Source: Alphaproteobacteria bacterium (GTDB lineage: Bacteria; Pseudomonadota; Alphaproteobacteria; Rs-D84). From it: DNA of 64,000 bases. A program made the translations under genes and the position numbers. The stretch is taken from positions 81,026-145,025 of the forward strand of contig JAGBVH010000015.1 of the NCBI GenBank assembly GCA_017630405.1, read 5' to 3'. Below are positions 19,097-29,457 of this stretch, piece by piece (within the stretch, counting starts at the first letter, position 1; each line of letters starts with the position of its first letter). The notes below the pieces were generated by a model. It did no database searches, was not told the DNA's origin, and saw nothing but the letters and a program-made list of their open reading frames with translations.

Positions 19097-19122
19097 TAAA
19101 AATCCCCAAAACGGGGATTTTT

Positions 19123-19125
<3 letters not shown>
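19097..19125. terminator. intrinsic terminator after mreB (bidirectional shape)
   Basis: Hairpin ATCCCC-AAAAC-GGGGAT flanked by A and T runs. Confidence 0.7.
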
Positions 19126-20202
<1,077 letters not shown>

Positions 20203-20284
20203 CTATAAATCACGATTTTCCAAAAATCAAGGGCAGGGCAATAAATTTATTTGCTTTATAAAATAATGTGCTATTATAGCCGCT

Positions 20285-20626
20285 ATGCGAGATACGATAA
20301 AAAGACATGAAGATTTTATTATGCAGCCAACCGATCCGGTGGCGCACAGTTCTTATTTCCTGGTACGTGCCAAATCGGCCAAGTTTCCAGACGATGCTCG
20401 CTATGGTATAACCGTCACTAAAAAGACCTTTAAGCACGCCGTTGATAGAAATCGCGCTAAACGCATGTTGCGTGACTGGATACGATTTAACGAAAAATTG
20501 ATGCGCCCCGATTGGGACTATGTGTTTATTGTTCGTCGCGGTATTATGGAAGCCACGCGCGAAGAAGGGCGCGAAGCCATGCGTAAAGCATTACATTTTC
20601 TTAAAAAACAAACCCCAGATGCCTAG
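20285..20626 (+). CDS. rnpA: ribonuclease P protein component
   Basis: 113 aa, basic, with the [17 protein letters not shown] motif (RNR motif region). Confidence 0.85.
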   Translation: MRDTIKRHEDFIMQPTDPVAHSSYFLVRAKSAKFPDDARYGITVTKKTFKHAVDRNRAKRMLRDWIRFNEKLMRPDWDYVFIVRRGIMEATREEGREAMRKALHFLKKQTPDA

Positions 20627-20855
20627 AATTTCCAAATTATCGCAAAGATTGGCCTGCGCTATGGTGCGCGCCTATCAGTATGCCATATCACCCATAATCG
20701 GGGGCAGGGCGGCTTGTCGTTTTACGCCAACCTGCAGTGAATACACCCGTCAGGCAATTGAAAAATATGGTATATTTCGAGGTGTTTGGTTGGGTATAAA
20801 ACGGATATCCAGATGTCGTCCTGGTGGCGGGTTCGGATATGACCCTGTGCCTTGA
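20619..20855 (+). CDS. yidD: membrane protein insertion efficiency factor YidD
   Basis: [33 protein letters not shown]. Start taken at MPRISK, overlapping rnpA by 8 nt; the track ORF starts earlier at 20520. Confidence 0.85.
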   Translation: MPRISKLSQRLACAMVRAYQYAISPIIGGRAACRFTPTCSEYTRQAIEKYGIFRGVWLGIKRISRCRPGGGFGYDPVP

Positions 20856-20913
20856 CAAAGTATTTCAATGTGGTAAAATTTAAAGATACGAGTGTAATTA
20901 ATACAAAGGATTT

Positions 20914-21354
20914 ATGATGTCATTTCGTGCAACCGTAGAGTCTATGTCAAAAATTATGGACGATATGGGGATTACAGAATTGGAATTGGAACGCCAGTTT
21001 TTATTTGGCGTATATCGTAAACATATTCATTTGTCTAAACAGGCTGTTGTGTCGGCACCGGTTGTTGCGCCTGCGACAAATACATGCGATGTGAAATGTG
21101 TGGCGCCTGCACCGATTTGCGGCCACGCGGTAAAATCTCCAATGGTTGGTGTTGTATATCTCGCGCCAGAGCCTGGGGCAAAAACATTTGTCGCCGTTGG
21201 CGCATCGGTCAAGGCTGGTGATACAGTTGCCTTGGTCGAGGCTATGAAAACATTTAACCCAATTAAATCGGACAAAGACGGTATCGTCAAAGAAATCTTG
21301 GTTTCAGACGGTGCTGCTGTTGAATTTGATCAACCATTGATTGTTATTGAATAA
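20914..21354 (+). CDS. accB: acetyl-CoA carboxylase biotin carboxyl carrier protein
   Basis: C-terminal lipoyl/biotinyl domain with VEAMKTFNPI (biotinyl-Lys motif). Followed directly by accC. Confidence 0.88.
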   Translation: MMSFRATVESMSKIMDDMGITELELERQFLFGVYRKHIHLSKQAVVSAPVVAPATNTCDVKCVAPAPICGHAVKSPMVGVVYLAPEPGAKTFVAVGASVKAGDTVALVEAMKTFNPIKSDKDGIVKEILVSDGAAVEFDQPLIVIE

Positions 21355-21357
21355 ATT

Positions 21358-22701
21358 ATGTCACAAATAAAAAAAGTTTTAATTGCGAACCGTGGTGAAA
21401 TTGCGCTGCGTATTATTCGTGCCTGTCGCGATATGGGCATACGCACAGTTGCTGTTTATTCTACTGCGGATCGCGATGCAATGCATGTGCAGCTGGCGGA
21501 TGAATCTGTATGTATTGGTCCGGCCGCGGCCAAGGATTCGTATCTTAATGAATCGGCGATATTGACGGCTGCGCTGTTGGCAAACGCTGATGCAATACAT
21601 CCTGGTTATGGATTTTTATCAGAACGCGCAGACTTTGCGCGCAAGGTTGAATCACATGGTATGATTTGGATTGGGCCAAGTCCTGATATGATTACCAAAA
21701 TGGGGGACAAGGTTAACGCCAAAAAGACGGCTATTGAATGTGGCTTGCCAGTTGTTCCTGGGTCAGATGGTGCGGTTGAAACTTTGGAATCCGCATTGGA
21801 AATCGCCGACAAGATTGGCTATCCAGTTATGTTAAAGGCGGCCGCTGGTGGTGGTGGTCGTGGTATGCGTCCTGTGATGAATGCTGATGAAATGGCCGAG
21901 GCTTTTCAGCTGACCAAAAACGAATCCAGATCCGCGTTTGGCGATGACACATTGTATATGGAAAAGCTGTTGTTGCATCCACGCCATATTGAATTTCAGG
22001 TTCTTGGGGACAAGCATGGAAATGTTGTCATTTTTGGCGAACGTGATTGTTCCTTGCAACGCCGCAATCAAAAAGTTATGGAAGAATGTCCGGCCGCTAT
22101 CCTGACCCAGAAACAGCGCGATGATATGATAGAAGTTTGTAAAAATGCCGCCAAGAAAATGGGCTATACAAACGCGGGCACATTTGAATTTATGTTCGAA
22201 GATGGTCAATTCTATTTCTTGGAAATGAACACCAGACTTCAGGTTGAACACCCTGTCACAGAAATGGTATATGGTGTTGATTTGGTTCGTGAACAGATAC
22301 GCATCGCGGCGGGTGAAAAATTGGGTTATAATCAGTCTAATGTTATTCCAAACGGTCACGCGATTGAATTTCGTATCAATGCCGAAGATCCAGAAACATT
22401 TATCCCTAATGCGGGCAAGATAACAATGTATGCGCCATCTGGCGGAATGGGTGTTCGTGTGGATAGCGCGGTTTATACTGGCTATACAATTCCACCAACC
22501 TATGATTCTATGATTGCTAAATTGATTGTTCATGCGCAAAACAGACCGGCGTGCATTTTGCGTGCAACGCGTGCGCTGGATGAATTTGTTATCGAAGGGG
22601 TCAAGACAACAATCCCATTACAGCAAAAACTTTTGAATAACAAAGATGTGAAACAGTTAAAGTTTGACAACCATTGGTTGGAAAGTTTTTTGGCCAAATA
22701 A
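21358..22701 (+). CDS. accC: acetyl-CoA carboxylase biotin carboxylase subunit
   Basis: VLIANRGEIALRIIRACRDMGI, an ATP-grasp region, and EMNTRLQVEHPVTE. Confidence 0.95.
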   Translation: MSQIKKVLIANRGEIALRIIRACRDMGIRTVAVYSTADRDAMHVQLADESVCIGPAAAKDSYLNESAILTAALLANADAIHPGYGFLSERADFARKVESHGMIWIGPSPDMITKMGDKVNAKKTAIECGLPVVPGSDGAVETLESALEIADKIGYPVMLKAAAGGGGRGMRPVMNADEMAEAFQLTKNESRSAFGDDTLYMEKLLLHPRHIEFQVLGDKHGNVVIFGERDCSLQRRNQKVMEECPAAILTQKQRDDMIEVCKNAAKKMGYTNAGTFEFMFEDGQFYFLEMNTRLQVEHPVTEMVYGVDLVREQIRIAAGEKLGYNQSNVIPNGHAIEFRINAEDPETFIPNAGKITMYAPSGGMGVRVDSAVYTGYTIPPTYDSMIAKLIVHAQNRPACILRATRALDEFVIEGVKTTIPLQQKLLNNKDVKQLKFDNHWLESFLAK

Positions 22702-22755
22702 ATAGTGGTATATGCTTGCAATTGTAAAAAAGTTTGTTATAATTCCTTGCACATT

Positions 22756-22832
22756 GGGTGGTTAGCTCAGTTGGTTAGAGCGTTACGTTGACATCGTAAA
22801 GGTCGTTGGTTCGAGTCCAATACCACCCACCA
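22756..22832 (+). tRNA. tRNA-Val (anticodon GAC), CCA encoded
   Basis: Hand-folded cloverleaf: GGGTGGT/ACCACCC acceptor, TTACG-TTGACAT-CGTAA anticodon arm, GTTGG-TTCGAGT-CCAAT T arm. Confidence 0.9.
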
Positions 22833-22901
22833 GATTTTTTAGGATAGTTAAAAAATGCGAATGTACAAATAATCTTAACAACAAATTCAACGGGAATCAC
22901 G

Positions 22902-22925
22902 CGACACCCCGTTGGTGTCGTTTTT
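22902..22925 (+). terminator. intrinsic terminator between tRNA-Val and metG
   Basis: Hairpin CGACACC-CCGTT-GGTGTCG followed by T5. It ends 23 nt before the metG ATG. Confidence 0.7.
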
Positions 22926-22948
22926 ATTTTTAAAAAGGGTTCAAAACA

Positions 22949-24943
22949 ATGGCGAAAAAATATTTGATTACATCTGCACTTCCATATGTGAACAACAACT
23001 TACATATCGGGCATTTGGTTGGCTGTTGGCTGCCAAGTGATGTTTATGCGCGTTTTTGTCGCGCCATGGGTCGTGATGTTCTGTATGTATGTGGGGCTGA
23101 TGAACATGGCACAACCAGCGAAGTAGGCGCCAGAAAAGAAAATATGCCAATTGAAGAATATGTTGATAAATATCGTCGTGCGCACGAGCAGTCCGTTCGC
23201 GACTTTAATTTGTCCTTTGATGTATATGGTCGTACACATACGCAAAAGCACCAAGATTTAATTCAGTCATTGTTCTTGCGTCTGGAACAGGAAAATATGA
23301 TTGTTGAAAAATCATCTATGCAGCCATACTCAATTAACGAAAATATGTTTTTGGCGGACCGCTATGTTGTTGGCACCTGTCCAAAGTGTGGTTATGATCA
23401 TGCATACGGAAACGAATGTGGCAAGTGCGGCGCAACACTTGAGCCAGAACAGCTGATTAACCCACACAGTGCGGTTGATTCAACATCCCCTGTTGAAATG
23501 CGCGAAACCAAGCATTTGTATTTTCGTACAAGTGCGATGCAGGATAAATTGCGCGCATGGATTGATTCACGTGTTGGCTGGTCAAAAACAGCATTGGCCA
23601 TCGCAAACAAGTGGCTGGAAGAGGGCTTGCACGACAGTCCAATTACACGTGATTTGAAGTGGGGGATTCCTGTAAATAAACTTGGTTATGAAAACAAGGT
23701 TTTCTATGTTTGGTTTGATGCACCATGGGGTTATGTTTCTATTTCTCAGGCGGCAAATGAAAGCTGGGCTGATTGGTGGCATGGTGGCGATGATGTTAAA
23801 TATGCCCAATTTATGGCCAAGGATAATGTATCTTTCCACTCTATCTTCTTTCCAGCCCAAGAATTGGCGATGAACGATAATTGGAAAACTGTTGATATAT
23901 TAAAGGGCTTTAATTTCTTGAACTTTAACGGTGCAAAGATTTCTAAATCGACTGGCAACGGAATTTTCTTGAACGAAGCAATTAATGATGCGCCTGCGGA
24001 TTGTTGGCGTTATGCCTTAATCGCATCTGCCCCAGAAACAGACGATACAGACTTTACAGTTGCGCGTTTCGCGGATATTGTAAACAAAGACCTGAACGGT
24101 ATGTTGGGGAACTTTGTATCGCGCGTATGTAAACTGACTGCAAAGAACTTTGGTAACAATGTTCCAAAATCAGGTGCGCACGATTCCGAATTGGAAAAAC
24201 AAATCAATGATAAATTGGCTGAATTAACGGCTGAGCTGGATGCGTGTGAATTCCGTGCATCGATTGCGGCGTTGCGTGGTTTGTATGCCATCGGTAATGA
24301 ATATATGACCAAGATGGAACCATGGGCATTGGTTAAAAATGGCGAAATTGAGAAAGCTGCCGCGGTACTGAACGAATGTATGCAGATGATTGATTTGTTT
24401 GCGCGCACATCGCAGCCATTTATCCCAGATGCTGCAACAAAAATGCAGAACATATTCAAACCAACACATGATTTGTCATGGCCAACTGAATATGAACGCC
24501 GTCTGGCCGATGGTGACGAATTTGTTGTGCCGGAAAATCTGTTTAACAGAATTGATGACGAAACTATCGCAAAGTTGGTTGAAAAATACACACCTAAAAA
24601 AGAGGATAACTCGCCAAAGCCTGTTGTGGCAAAAATCGTGTCGGTTAAAAACCATCCAACGCGCGAAGACTTACATGTGTTAAGTGTTGATTGTGGGGCG
24701 GGTGCGCCTGTACAAATCGTATGTGCGGCCCCAAATGTTCGTGCGGGTATGACGGGTGTTCTGGCGCCGGTGGGGGCTGTCTTGCCAAATGCGAAGAAGC
24801 CAATTACACAAAGAACAGTTGCAGGTGTTGAATCATATGGTATGATGTGTGGTGCATCCGAACTGGGTATTGGTGTGGATGACGGCAATATTATCGAACT
24901 TGATGATAATGCGGTTGTTGGTAAAGAATTTATTAAGGAATAG
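22949..24943 (+). CDS. metG: methionine--tRNA ligase with C-terminal tRNA-binding domain
   Basis: HIGH-type motif (NNNLHIGHLVG), Zn knuckles CPKCGYDHAYGNECGKCG, KMSKS-type GAKISKSTG, and a C-terminal EMAP/Trbp111-like domain (AKIVSVKNHP...ESYGMMC). Confidence 0.95.
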   Translation: MAKKYLITSALPYVNNNLHIGHLVGCWLPSDVYARFCRAMGRDVLYVCGADEHGTTSEVGARKENMPIEEYVDKYRRAHEQSVRDFNLSFDVYGRTHTQKHQDLIQSLFLRLEQENMIVEKSSMQPYSINENMFLADRYVVGTCPKCGYDHAYGNECGKCGATLEPEQLINPHSAVDSTSPVEMRETKHLYFRTSAMQDKLRAWIDSRVGWSKTALAIANKWLEEGLHDSPITRDLKWGIPVNKLGYENKVFYVWFDAPWGYVSISQAANESWADWWHGGDDVKYAQFMAKDNVSFHSIFFPAQELAMNDNWKTVDILKGFNFLNFNGAKISKSTGNGIFLNEAINDAPADCWRYALIASAPETDDTDFTVARFADIVNKDLNGMLGNFVSRVCKLTAKNFGNNVPKSGAHDSELEKQINDKLAELTAELDACEFRASIAALRGLYAIGNEYMTKMEPWALVKNGEIEKAAAVLNECMQMIDLFARTSQPFIPDAATKMQNIFKPTHDLSWPTEYERRLADGDEFVVPENLFNRIDDETIAKLVEKYTPKKEDNSPKPVVAKIVSVKNHPTREDLHVLSVDCGAGAPVQIVCAAPNVRAGMTGVLAPVGAVLPNAKKPITQRTVAGVESYGMMCGASELGIGVDDGNIIELDDNAVVGKEFIKE

Positions 24944-24954
24944 GGGAACTGGTT

Positions 24955-25290
24955 ATGGCAGAAAAAAAAGTGAGTGTTTTTATCAAAGCAAATCCATCAT
25001 CTATGTGTTATTTACAGAAGTTGGAAGTTGAATGTGAAAACTGCGAGTTTTATTCAGAAAAATCACACCCGAACTGCTTTGAGGACAAAGGTTGTGTTGT
25101 TTATGAATATATGCAGGATAAACTGGTTGCGCCAAAGTCCCAGACTCAATTGGTATTCAGTGGTGCCGATAAAAACAATCTTAAAATAAGCGCGATATCA
25201 CAAAACATTAACGCATTAAGGAATTCCTATGAAATAGCGGAACGCGCGATTGAGATCGCGCTGGGGAATGCTGCGGTAAAACATAAATAG
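24955..25290 (+). CDS. small Cys-containing hypothetical protein (111 aa), paralog of the next gene
   Basis: Clean ORF 12 nt after metG. Shares MA.KK....IK, Y..K..V.C..C and a C-terminal (I/V)(S/T)Q....Y..A..AI pattern with 25304..25618. Confidence 0.5.
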   Translation: MAEKKVSVFIKANPSSMCYLQKLEVECENCEFYSEKSHPNCFEDKGCVVYEYMQDKLVAPKSQTQLVFSGADKNNLKISAISQNINALRNSYEIAERAIEIALGNAAVKHK

Positions 25291-25303
25291 AGAGCCCTAA
25301 GGC

Positions 25304-25618
25304 ATGGCGACAAAAAAACTGACAATACATATCAAGACATCTAACTTGGCTAAGCAGAGCTTTTACAAGTTCAATGTAAACTGTTATTGCGGGCGCTGCG
25401 TTATGCCAAAATGTACAGGTTGTCAGAACTGTTGCTGTTGTAATGTCGTTGCAGCCTTGCGCCGTAGTGGTATGATAGTTTGGCACGATCCGAATACTGC
25501 TGATAATCGTCAAGCAGTAGTAGTGACACAAAGTGTCCGAATGGTTGAAGCAGCTTATAATGCCGCATTTTCTGCAATCAGATTATGTAACTGTGTACCA
25601 AAGAAAAAAACAAAATAA
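25304..25618 (+). CDS. small Cys-rich hypothetical protein (104 aa)
   Basis: 13 Cys in total, including NCYCGRCVMPKCTGCQNCCCCN. Its stop abuts the queH ATG. Confidence 0.5.
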   Translation: MATKKLTIHIKTSNLAKQSFYKFNVNCYCGRCVMPKCTGCQNCCCCNVVAALRRSGMIVWHDPNTADNRQAVVVTQSVRMVEAAYNAAFSAIRLCNCVPKKKTK

Positions 25619-26164
25619 ATGATTAACGAAAAACTTCGTCTTGTATTATTGTCTTGTTGCGCCCCATGTTCTGTGGGCGCAATAAAACAATTGGCCGATG
25701 GTGCAATAGACGGTGTCCAAGATTTTATTGTTTTGTTTTATAACCCAAATATTTTCCCAGAAACAGAATATACCAAGCGTATGGCAGAACAGATTAAATA
25801 CTGTGAAAGCATTGGTGCTAAATATGCCGTTCTTGAATATGATCACGAAGCGTGGCGCGCGGCTGTGCGTGGATATGAAACTGCACCTGAACGCGGTGCG
25901 CGTTGTTCACTTTGTTTTGAATATCGTTTTCGTCGTGCGGTGCGTTTTGCGCGCGATAATGGATATAATGCGATTGGTTCGGTCTTGGGCGTGTCCCGTC
26001 ACAAGGACCAGTCCCAGGTGGACGCCGCTGCCAAAACAGCGTGCAACAATATTGAATATATGCCAATTAAATGGGATGAAAATTTGCGGGTACAAATCAA
26101 TCGAGAATCTGATTTTTACCGCCAAAATTATTGCGGTTGCGAATTTTCAATACGCAAAGTATAA
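25619..26164 (+). CDS. queH: epoxyqueuosine reductase QueH (DUF208)
   Basis: Conserved Cys motifs LLSCCAPCS, CSLCFEYR and YRQNYCGCEFS. 181 aa. Confidence 0.8.
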   Translation: MINEKLRLVLLSCCAPCSVGAIKQLADGAIDGVQDFIVLFYNPNIFPETEYTKRMAEQIKYCESIGAKYAVLEYDHEAWRAAVRGYETAPERGARCSLCFEYRFRRAVRFARDNGYNAIGSVLGVSRHKDQSQVDAAAKTACNNIEYMPIKWDENLRVQINRESDFYRQNYCGCEFSIRKV

Positions 26165-26195
26165 TTAGCACATAGAATTTAACAAAAGGCACAAT

Positions 26196-27071
26196 ATGTC
26201 ATCAATTTTTGTTTTCCCAGGCCAAGGCGCACAATCCGTTGGTATGGGTAAAGAGTTATATGAAACAAACGCTGCTGCCCGCGCGGTATTTGACGAAGTG
26301 GATGCGGCACTTGGCGAAAAACTGTCGGATATAATCTTTAATGGTCCGGCCGATACTTTGACACTGACCGCAAATGTTCAACCTGCGATTATGGCGACTT
26401 CTATTGCGATGTTGCGTGCATCGGGGGCGGAATTACCAGAATATGTTGCGGGTCATTCATTGGGCGAATATACAGCGCTGTGTGCGGCGGGTGCGTTATC
26501 TGTTGGTGATACAGCAAAACTGTTGCGTGTTCGTGGTAATGCTATGCAGTCCGCTGTCCCAGTTGGCGCTGGTTTAACCGCTGTTATTTTGGGGCTGGAT
26601 ATTGATGTGGTTCGTGATATTTGTGCGAAAACAGATTGTGATGTCGCAAATGATAACAGTGCGGGTCAGGTTGTGATTTCAGGTGCCAAGGATGTGGTCG
26701 AGGCAACAATGGCACTGGCCAAGGAAGCGGGTGCGAAACGCGCTATGCCATTGGCATTGTCTGTTCCGGTTCATTGTCGTATCCAGGCCCCTGCGGCCGA
26801 AGCGATGCGCGCAGCATTGGAAACGGTTGATTTGAAAAGTCCAATCGTACCAATTATTTCAAATAAAACCTGTGCGCCTATGACAGATGTTTCAGAAATC
26901 AAAGAAGCGCTTGTGTATCAAATGACACATGGTGTGCGCTGGCGCGAAAGTGTTTTGAATATGGCAGAACTTGGTATTGGCGAACAAATAGAAGTTGGAC
27001 CAGGTAATGTTCTGACGGGTCTGTGTTCCAGAATTACAGATAAAATAACAGCAAAGAAATTGGAGATATAA
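26196..27071 (+). CDS. fabD: ACP S-malonyltransferase
   Basis: FPGQGAQSVGMG and active-site GHSLGEY. Confidence 0.92.
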   Translation: MSSIFVFPGQGAQSVGMGKELYETNAAARAVFDEVDAALGEKLSDIIFNGPADTLTLTANVQPAIMATSIAMLRASGAELPEYVAGHSLGEYTALCAAGALSVGDTAKLLRVRGNAMQSAVPVGAGLTAVILGLDIDVVRDICAKTDCDVANDNSAGQVVISGAKDVVEATMALAKEAGAKRAMPLALSVPVHCRIQAPAAEAMRAALETVDLKSPIVPIISNKTCAPMTDVSEIKEALVYQMTHGVRWRESVLNMAELGIGEQIEVGPGNVLTGLCSRITDKITAKKLEI

Positions 27072-27073
27072 TT

Positions 27074-27802
27074 ATGTTTGATTTATCAGGTAAAGTTGCA
27101 TTAATCACAGGCGCAACCGGTGGTATCGGTGGCGCAATTGCGAAAAAAATGAAAGAAGCCGGTGCAACTGTTGTTGTTTCTGGTCGCAATGTTGCGAAAA
27201 TGGATGCAGAATTTGGCGAAGAATACATCAAGATTCCATGTGATTTGGCGGGCGAGGGTGCAGCGGTTGAATTGGTTATGGAAACAATCGAAAAAGCGGG
27301 TCGTATTGATATCTTGGTTAATAACGCGGGTATTACTCGCGATACATTGTTGATGCGTATGACCGATGAACAATTCGAAGAAGTTATCAATACAAATCTT
27401 CGTTCTTGTTTCAAAATGTGTCGTGCGGCAATTATGCCGATGATGAAGAACCGTTTTGGTCGCATTATCAATATGTCGTCAATTATTGGTGCGATTGGTG
27501 GTGCGGGGCAGGCAAACTATGCCGCATCCAAGGGTGGTATGATTGCAATGACCAAGTCCATCGCAGCCGAGGTTGCATCTCGTGGCATCACAGCAAACTG
27601 TGTTGCACCGGGCTTTATTAAAACCCCAATGACAGATGTTTTGCCAGAAGAATTAAAGAAAACATATCTGGCCCAGATTCCAGCTGGCCGTTTTGGCGAA
27701 CCAGAAGATATCGCGAACGCATGTGTGTTCTTGGCATCTGATGAAGCATCTTATATCAACGGTCAAGTTTTACATGTAAACGGTGGTATGGGTCGATTCT
27801 AG
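27074..27802 (+). CDS. fabG: 3-oxoacyl-ACP reductase
   Basis: SDR motifs TGATGGIGGAIA, NNAG and YAASKGG. Confidence 0.92.
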   Translation: MFDLSGKVALITGATGGIGGAIAKKMKEAGATVVVSGRNVAKMDAEFGEEYIKIPCDLAGEGAAVELVMETIEKAGRIDILVNNAGITRDTLLMRMTDEQFEEVINTNLRSCFKMCRAAIMPMMKNRFGRIINMSSIIGAIGGAGQANYAASKGGMIAMTKSIAAEVASRGITANCVAPGFIKTPMTDVLPEELKKTYLAQIPAGRFGEPEDIANACVFLASDEASYINGQVLHVNGGMGRF

Positions 27803-27807
27803 GCGCA

Positions 27808-29457
27808 ATGAAAAATTATGATGTGATTGTTATTGGTGGTGGTCATGCGGGTGTCGAGGCATCCGCAGCTGCTGCGCGTCGTGGTGCGAAAACATTGTTG
27901 TTGACACAAAGCGAAAGTGATTTGGGTGCTTTGTCTTGTAACCCCAGCATCGGTGGTCCTGGTAAATCCCAGATGGTTGCGGAAATGTCTGCGTTGGGTG
28001 GTGTTATGGGGCGTGCCGCGGACAGGGCAGGTATTCATTGGCGCACATTAAATGCTACACATGGTGCGGCAACTCAGGCTTTGCGTGCCCAGATTGATCG
28101 CGACCTTTATCACACAGCGATACTTGATATTCTGTCTGAATATAAAAATCTTGATATAGTTTATGAACCTGTGACCGTACTGGATATTGAAAACAAAACT
28201 GTAAACGACAAATATCTTGCGGGCGCGATTGTTTTAACAACGGGCACATTTTTACATGGCGTTGTGACCCGCGGAAGTGAAAAGATTTCATCGGGTCGTC
28301 TGTTAGATGACGGCACATATCAGGCAGCTGATAGAAACATATCTGATATTTTGCGTGCGGCGGGATTTGGCATATTGCGTCTTAAAACAGGAACGCCTGC
28401 GCGTATTTATCGTGATTCTATTGATTGGTCTGTGTGCGAGGTTCAAGAACCAGACACTCCACATGATTGGTTTGATTTGGGTGATGAAAACAATAACTAT
28501 CACTGTGCGTGCTATATCACACATACAAACGAAACCACGCATAATGTAATTCGCGAAAATATTAAAAACGCCCCAATGTATAACGGCGATATTCAGGGCA
28601 CAGGCCCGCGTTATTGCCCTAGTCTGGAAGATAAAGTTATGCGATTTCCAGAACACACATCGCATCATGTCTTTCTTGAACCCGAAGGTTATGACAGCGA
28701 TATAATCTATCCGAACGGCATTTCCACCAGTTTTGGTTCCGATGTTCAGGATATTTGGATACGCACAATCCCAGGTCTTGAAAATGCGCGTATTGCGCGA
28801 TATGGCTATGCGATTGAATATGATGCGATTGATGCGCGTGCGTTAAATGATAAATTACAAAGCAAGGATATTTCGCATATGTTCTTTGCGGGCCAGATAA
28901 ACGGCACCAGCGGATACGAAGAAGCCGCCGCCCAAGGGCTGGTTGCGGGCGCAAATGCGGCGGCCTTTGTACTGGGGGTGCCGACATTAAATCTGGACAG
29001 AACAAATTCAATGATTGGTGTACTGATTGATGATATCACAACACTTGGTGTGGATGAACCGTATCGTATGTTTACATCACGTGCGGAATATCGCTTGAAT
29101 CTGCGTTCAGATAACGCGATTGCGCGCCTTGGTAAGATTGGTGTTGCACTTGGTCTGATTGACAGCGAAAGATACGAAAAAATATATGAACTAAAGCGTC
29201 CAATTTTCCAAGAAAATGATAAGTTTTATGCGGGTTATATTGCGCGCAACGAACGCGAAATTGCGGCATATAAACGCGATGCGGATTTGAAAATTCCAAT
29301 GAATTTTGATTACAAGGGATTGCCAGGTCTGACAAACGAACTGATTGAAAAATTGACTCGGGCCAGACCAGAAAATATTGCGGCCTTGTCGCGTATATCT
29401 GGTATGACACCGGCTGGAATTATGGTAGTTCTGCGCAAAATAAAGGCAACAAATTGA
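27808..29457 (+). CDS. mnmG: tRNA uridine 5-carboxymethylaminomethyl modification enzyme MnmG (GidA), short form
   Basis: FAD motif YDVIVIGGGHAGVEAS, GPRYCPSLEDK and FFAGQINGTSGYEEAAAQG. At 549 aa it is shorter than typical. Confidence 0.9.
   Translation: MKNYDVIVIGGGHAGVEASAAAARRGAKTLLLTQSESDLGALSCNPSIGGPGKSQMVAEMSALGGVMGRAADRAGIHWRTLNATHGAATQALRAQIDRDLYHTAILDILSEYKNLDIVYEPVTVLDIENKTVNDKYLAGAIVLTTGTFLHGVVTRGSEKISSGRLLDDGTYQAADRNISDILRAAGFGILRLKTGTPARIYRDSIDWSVCEVQEPDTPHDWFDLGDENNNYHCACYITHTNETTHNVIRENIKNAPMYNGDIQGTGPRYCPSLEDKVMRFPEHTSHHVFLEPEGYDSDIIYPNGISTSFGSDVQDIWIRTIPGLENARIARYGYAIEYDAIDARALNDKLQSKDISHMFFAGQINGTSGYEEAAAQGLVAGANAAAFVLGVPTLNLDRTNSMIGVLIDDITTLGVDEPYRMFTSRAEYRLNLRSDNAIARLGKIGVALGLIDSERYEKIYELKRPIFQENDKFYAGYIARNEREIAAYKRDADLKIPMNFDYKGLPGLTNELIEKLTRARPENIAALSRISGMTPAGIMVVLRKIKATN

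Noticed and set aside
21832-22539. 235-aa minus-strand ORF inside accC. Similar long antisense ORFs include 24010..24888 inside metG, 53960..54688 inside lpxD, 46287..46817 inside mutS, and several inside gyrA.
   Set aside because: These are shadow ORFs opposite strongly supported housekeeping genes. Their translations are low-complexity or odd in composition (His/Cys/Arg/Asn-rich), they have no SD, and nothing supports an independent function.
22855-22872. MRMYK mini-ORF as a Met-sensing leader peptide for metG
   Set aside because: It has only one internal Met codon, and no alternative antiterminator structure is evident. The layout (terminator abutting metG) is kept as an observation, but the Met-sensing model is not supported.
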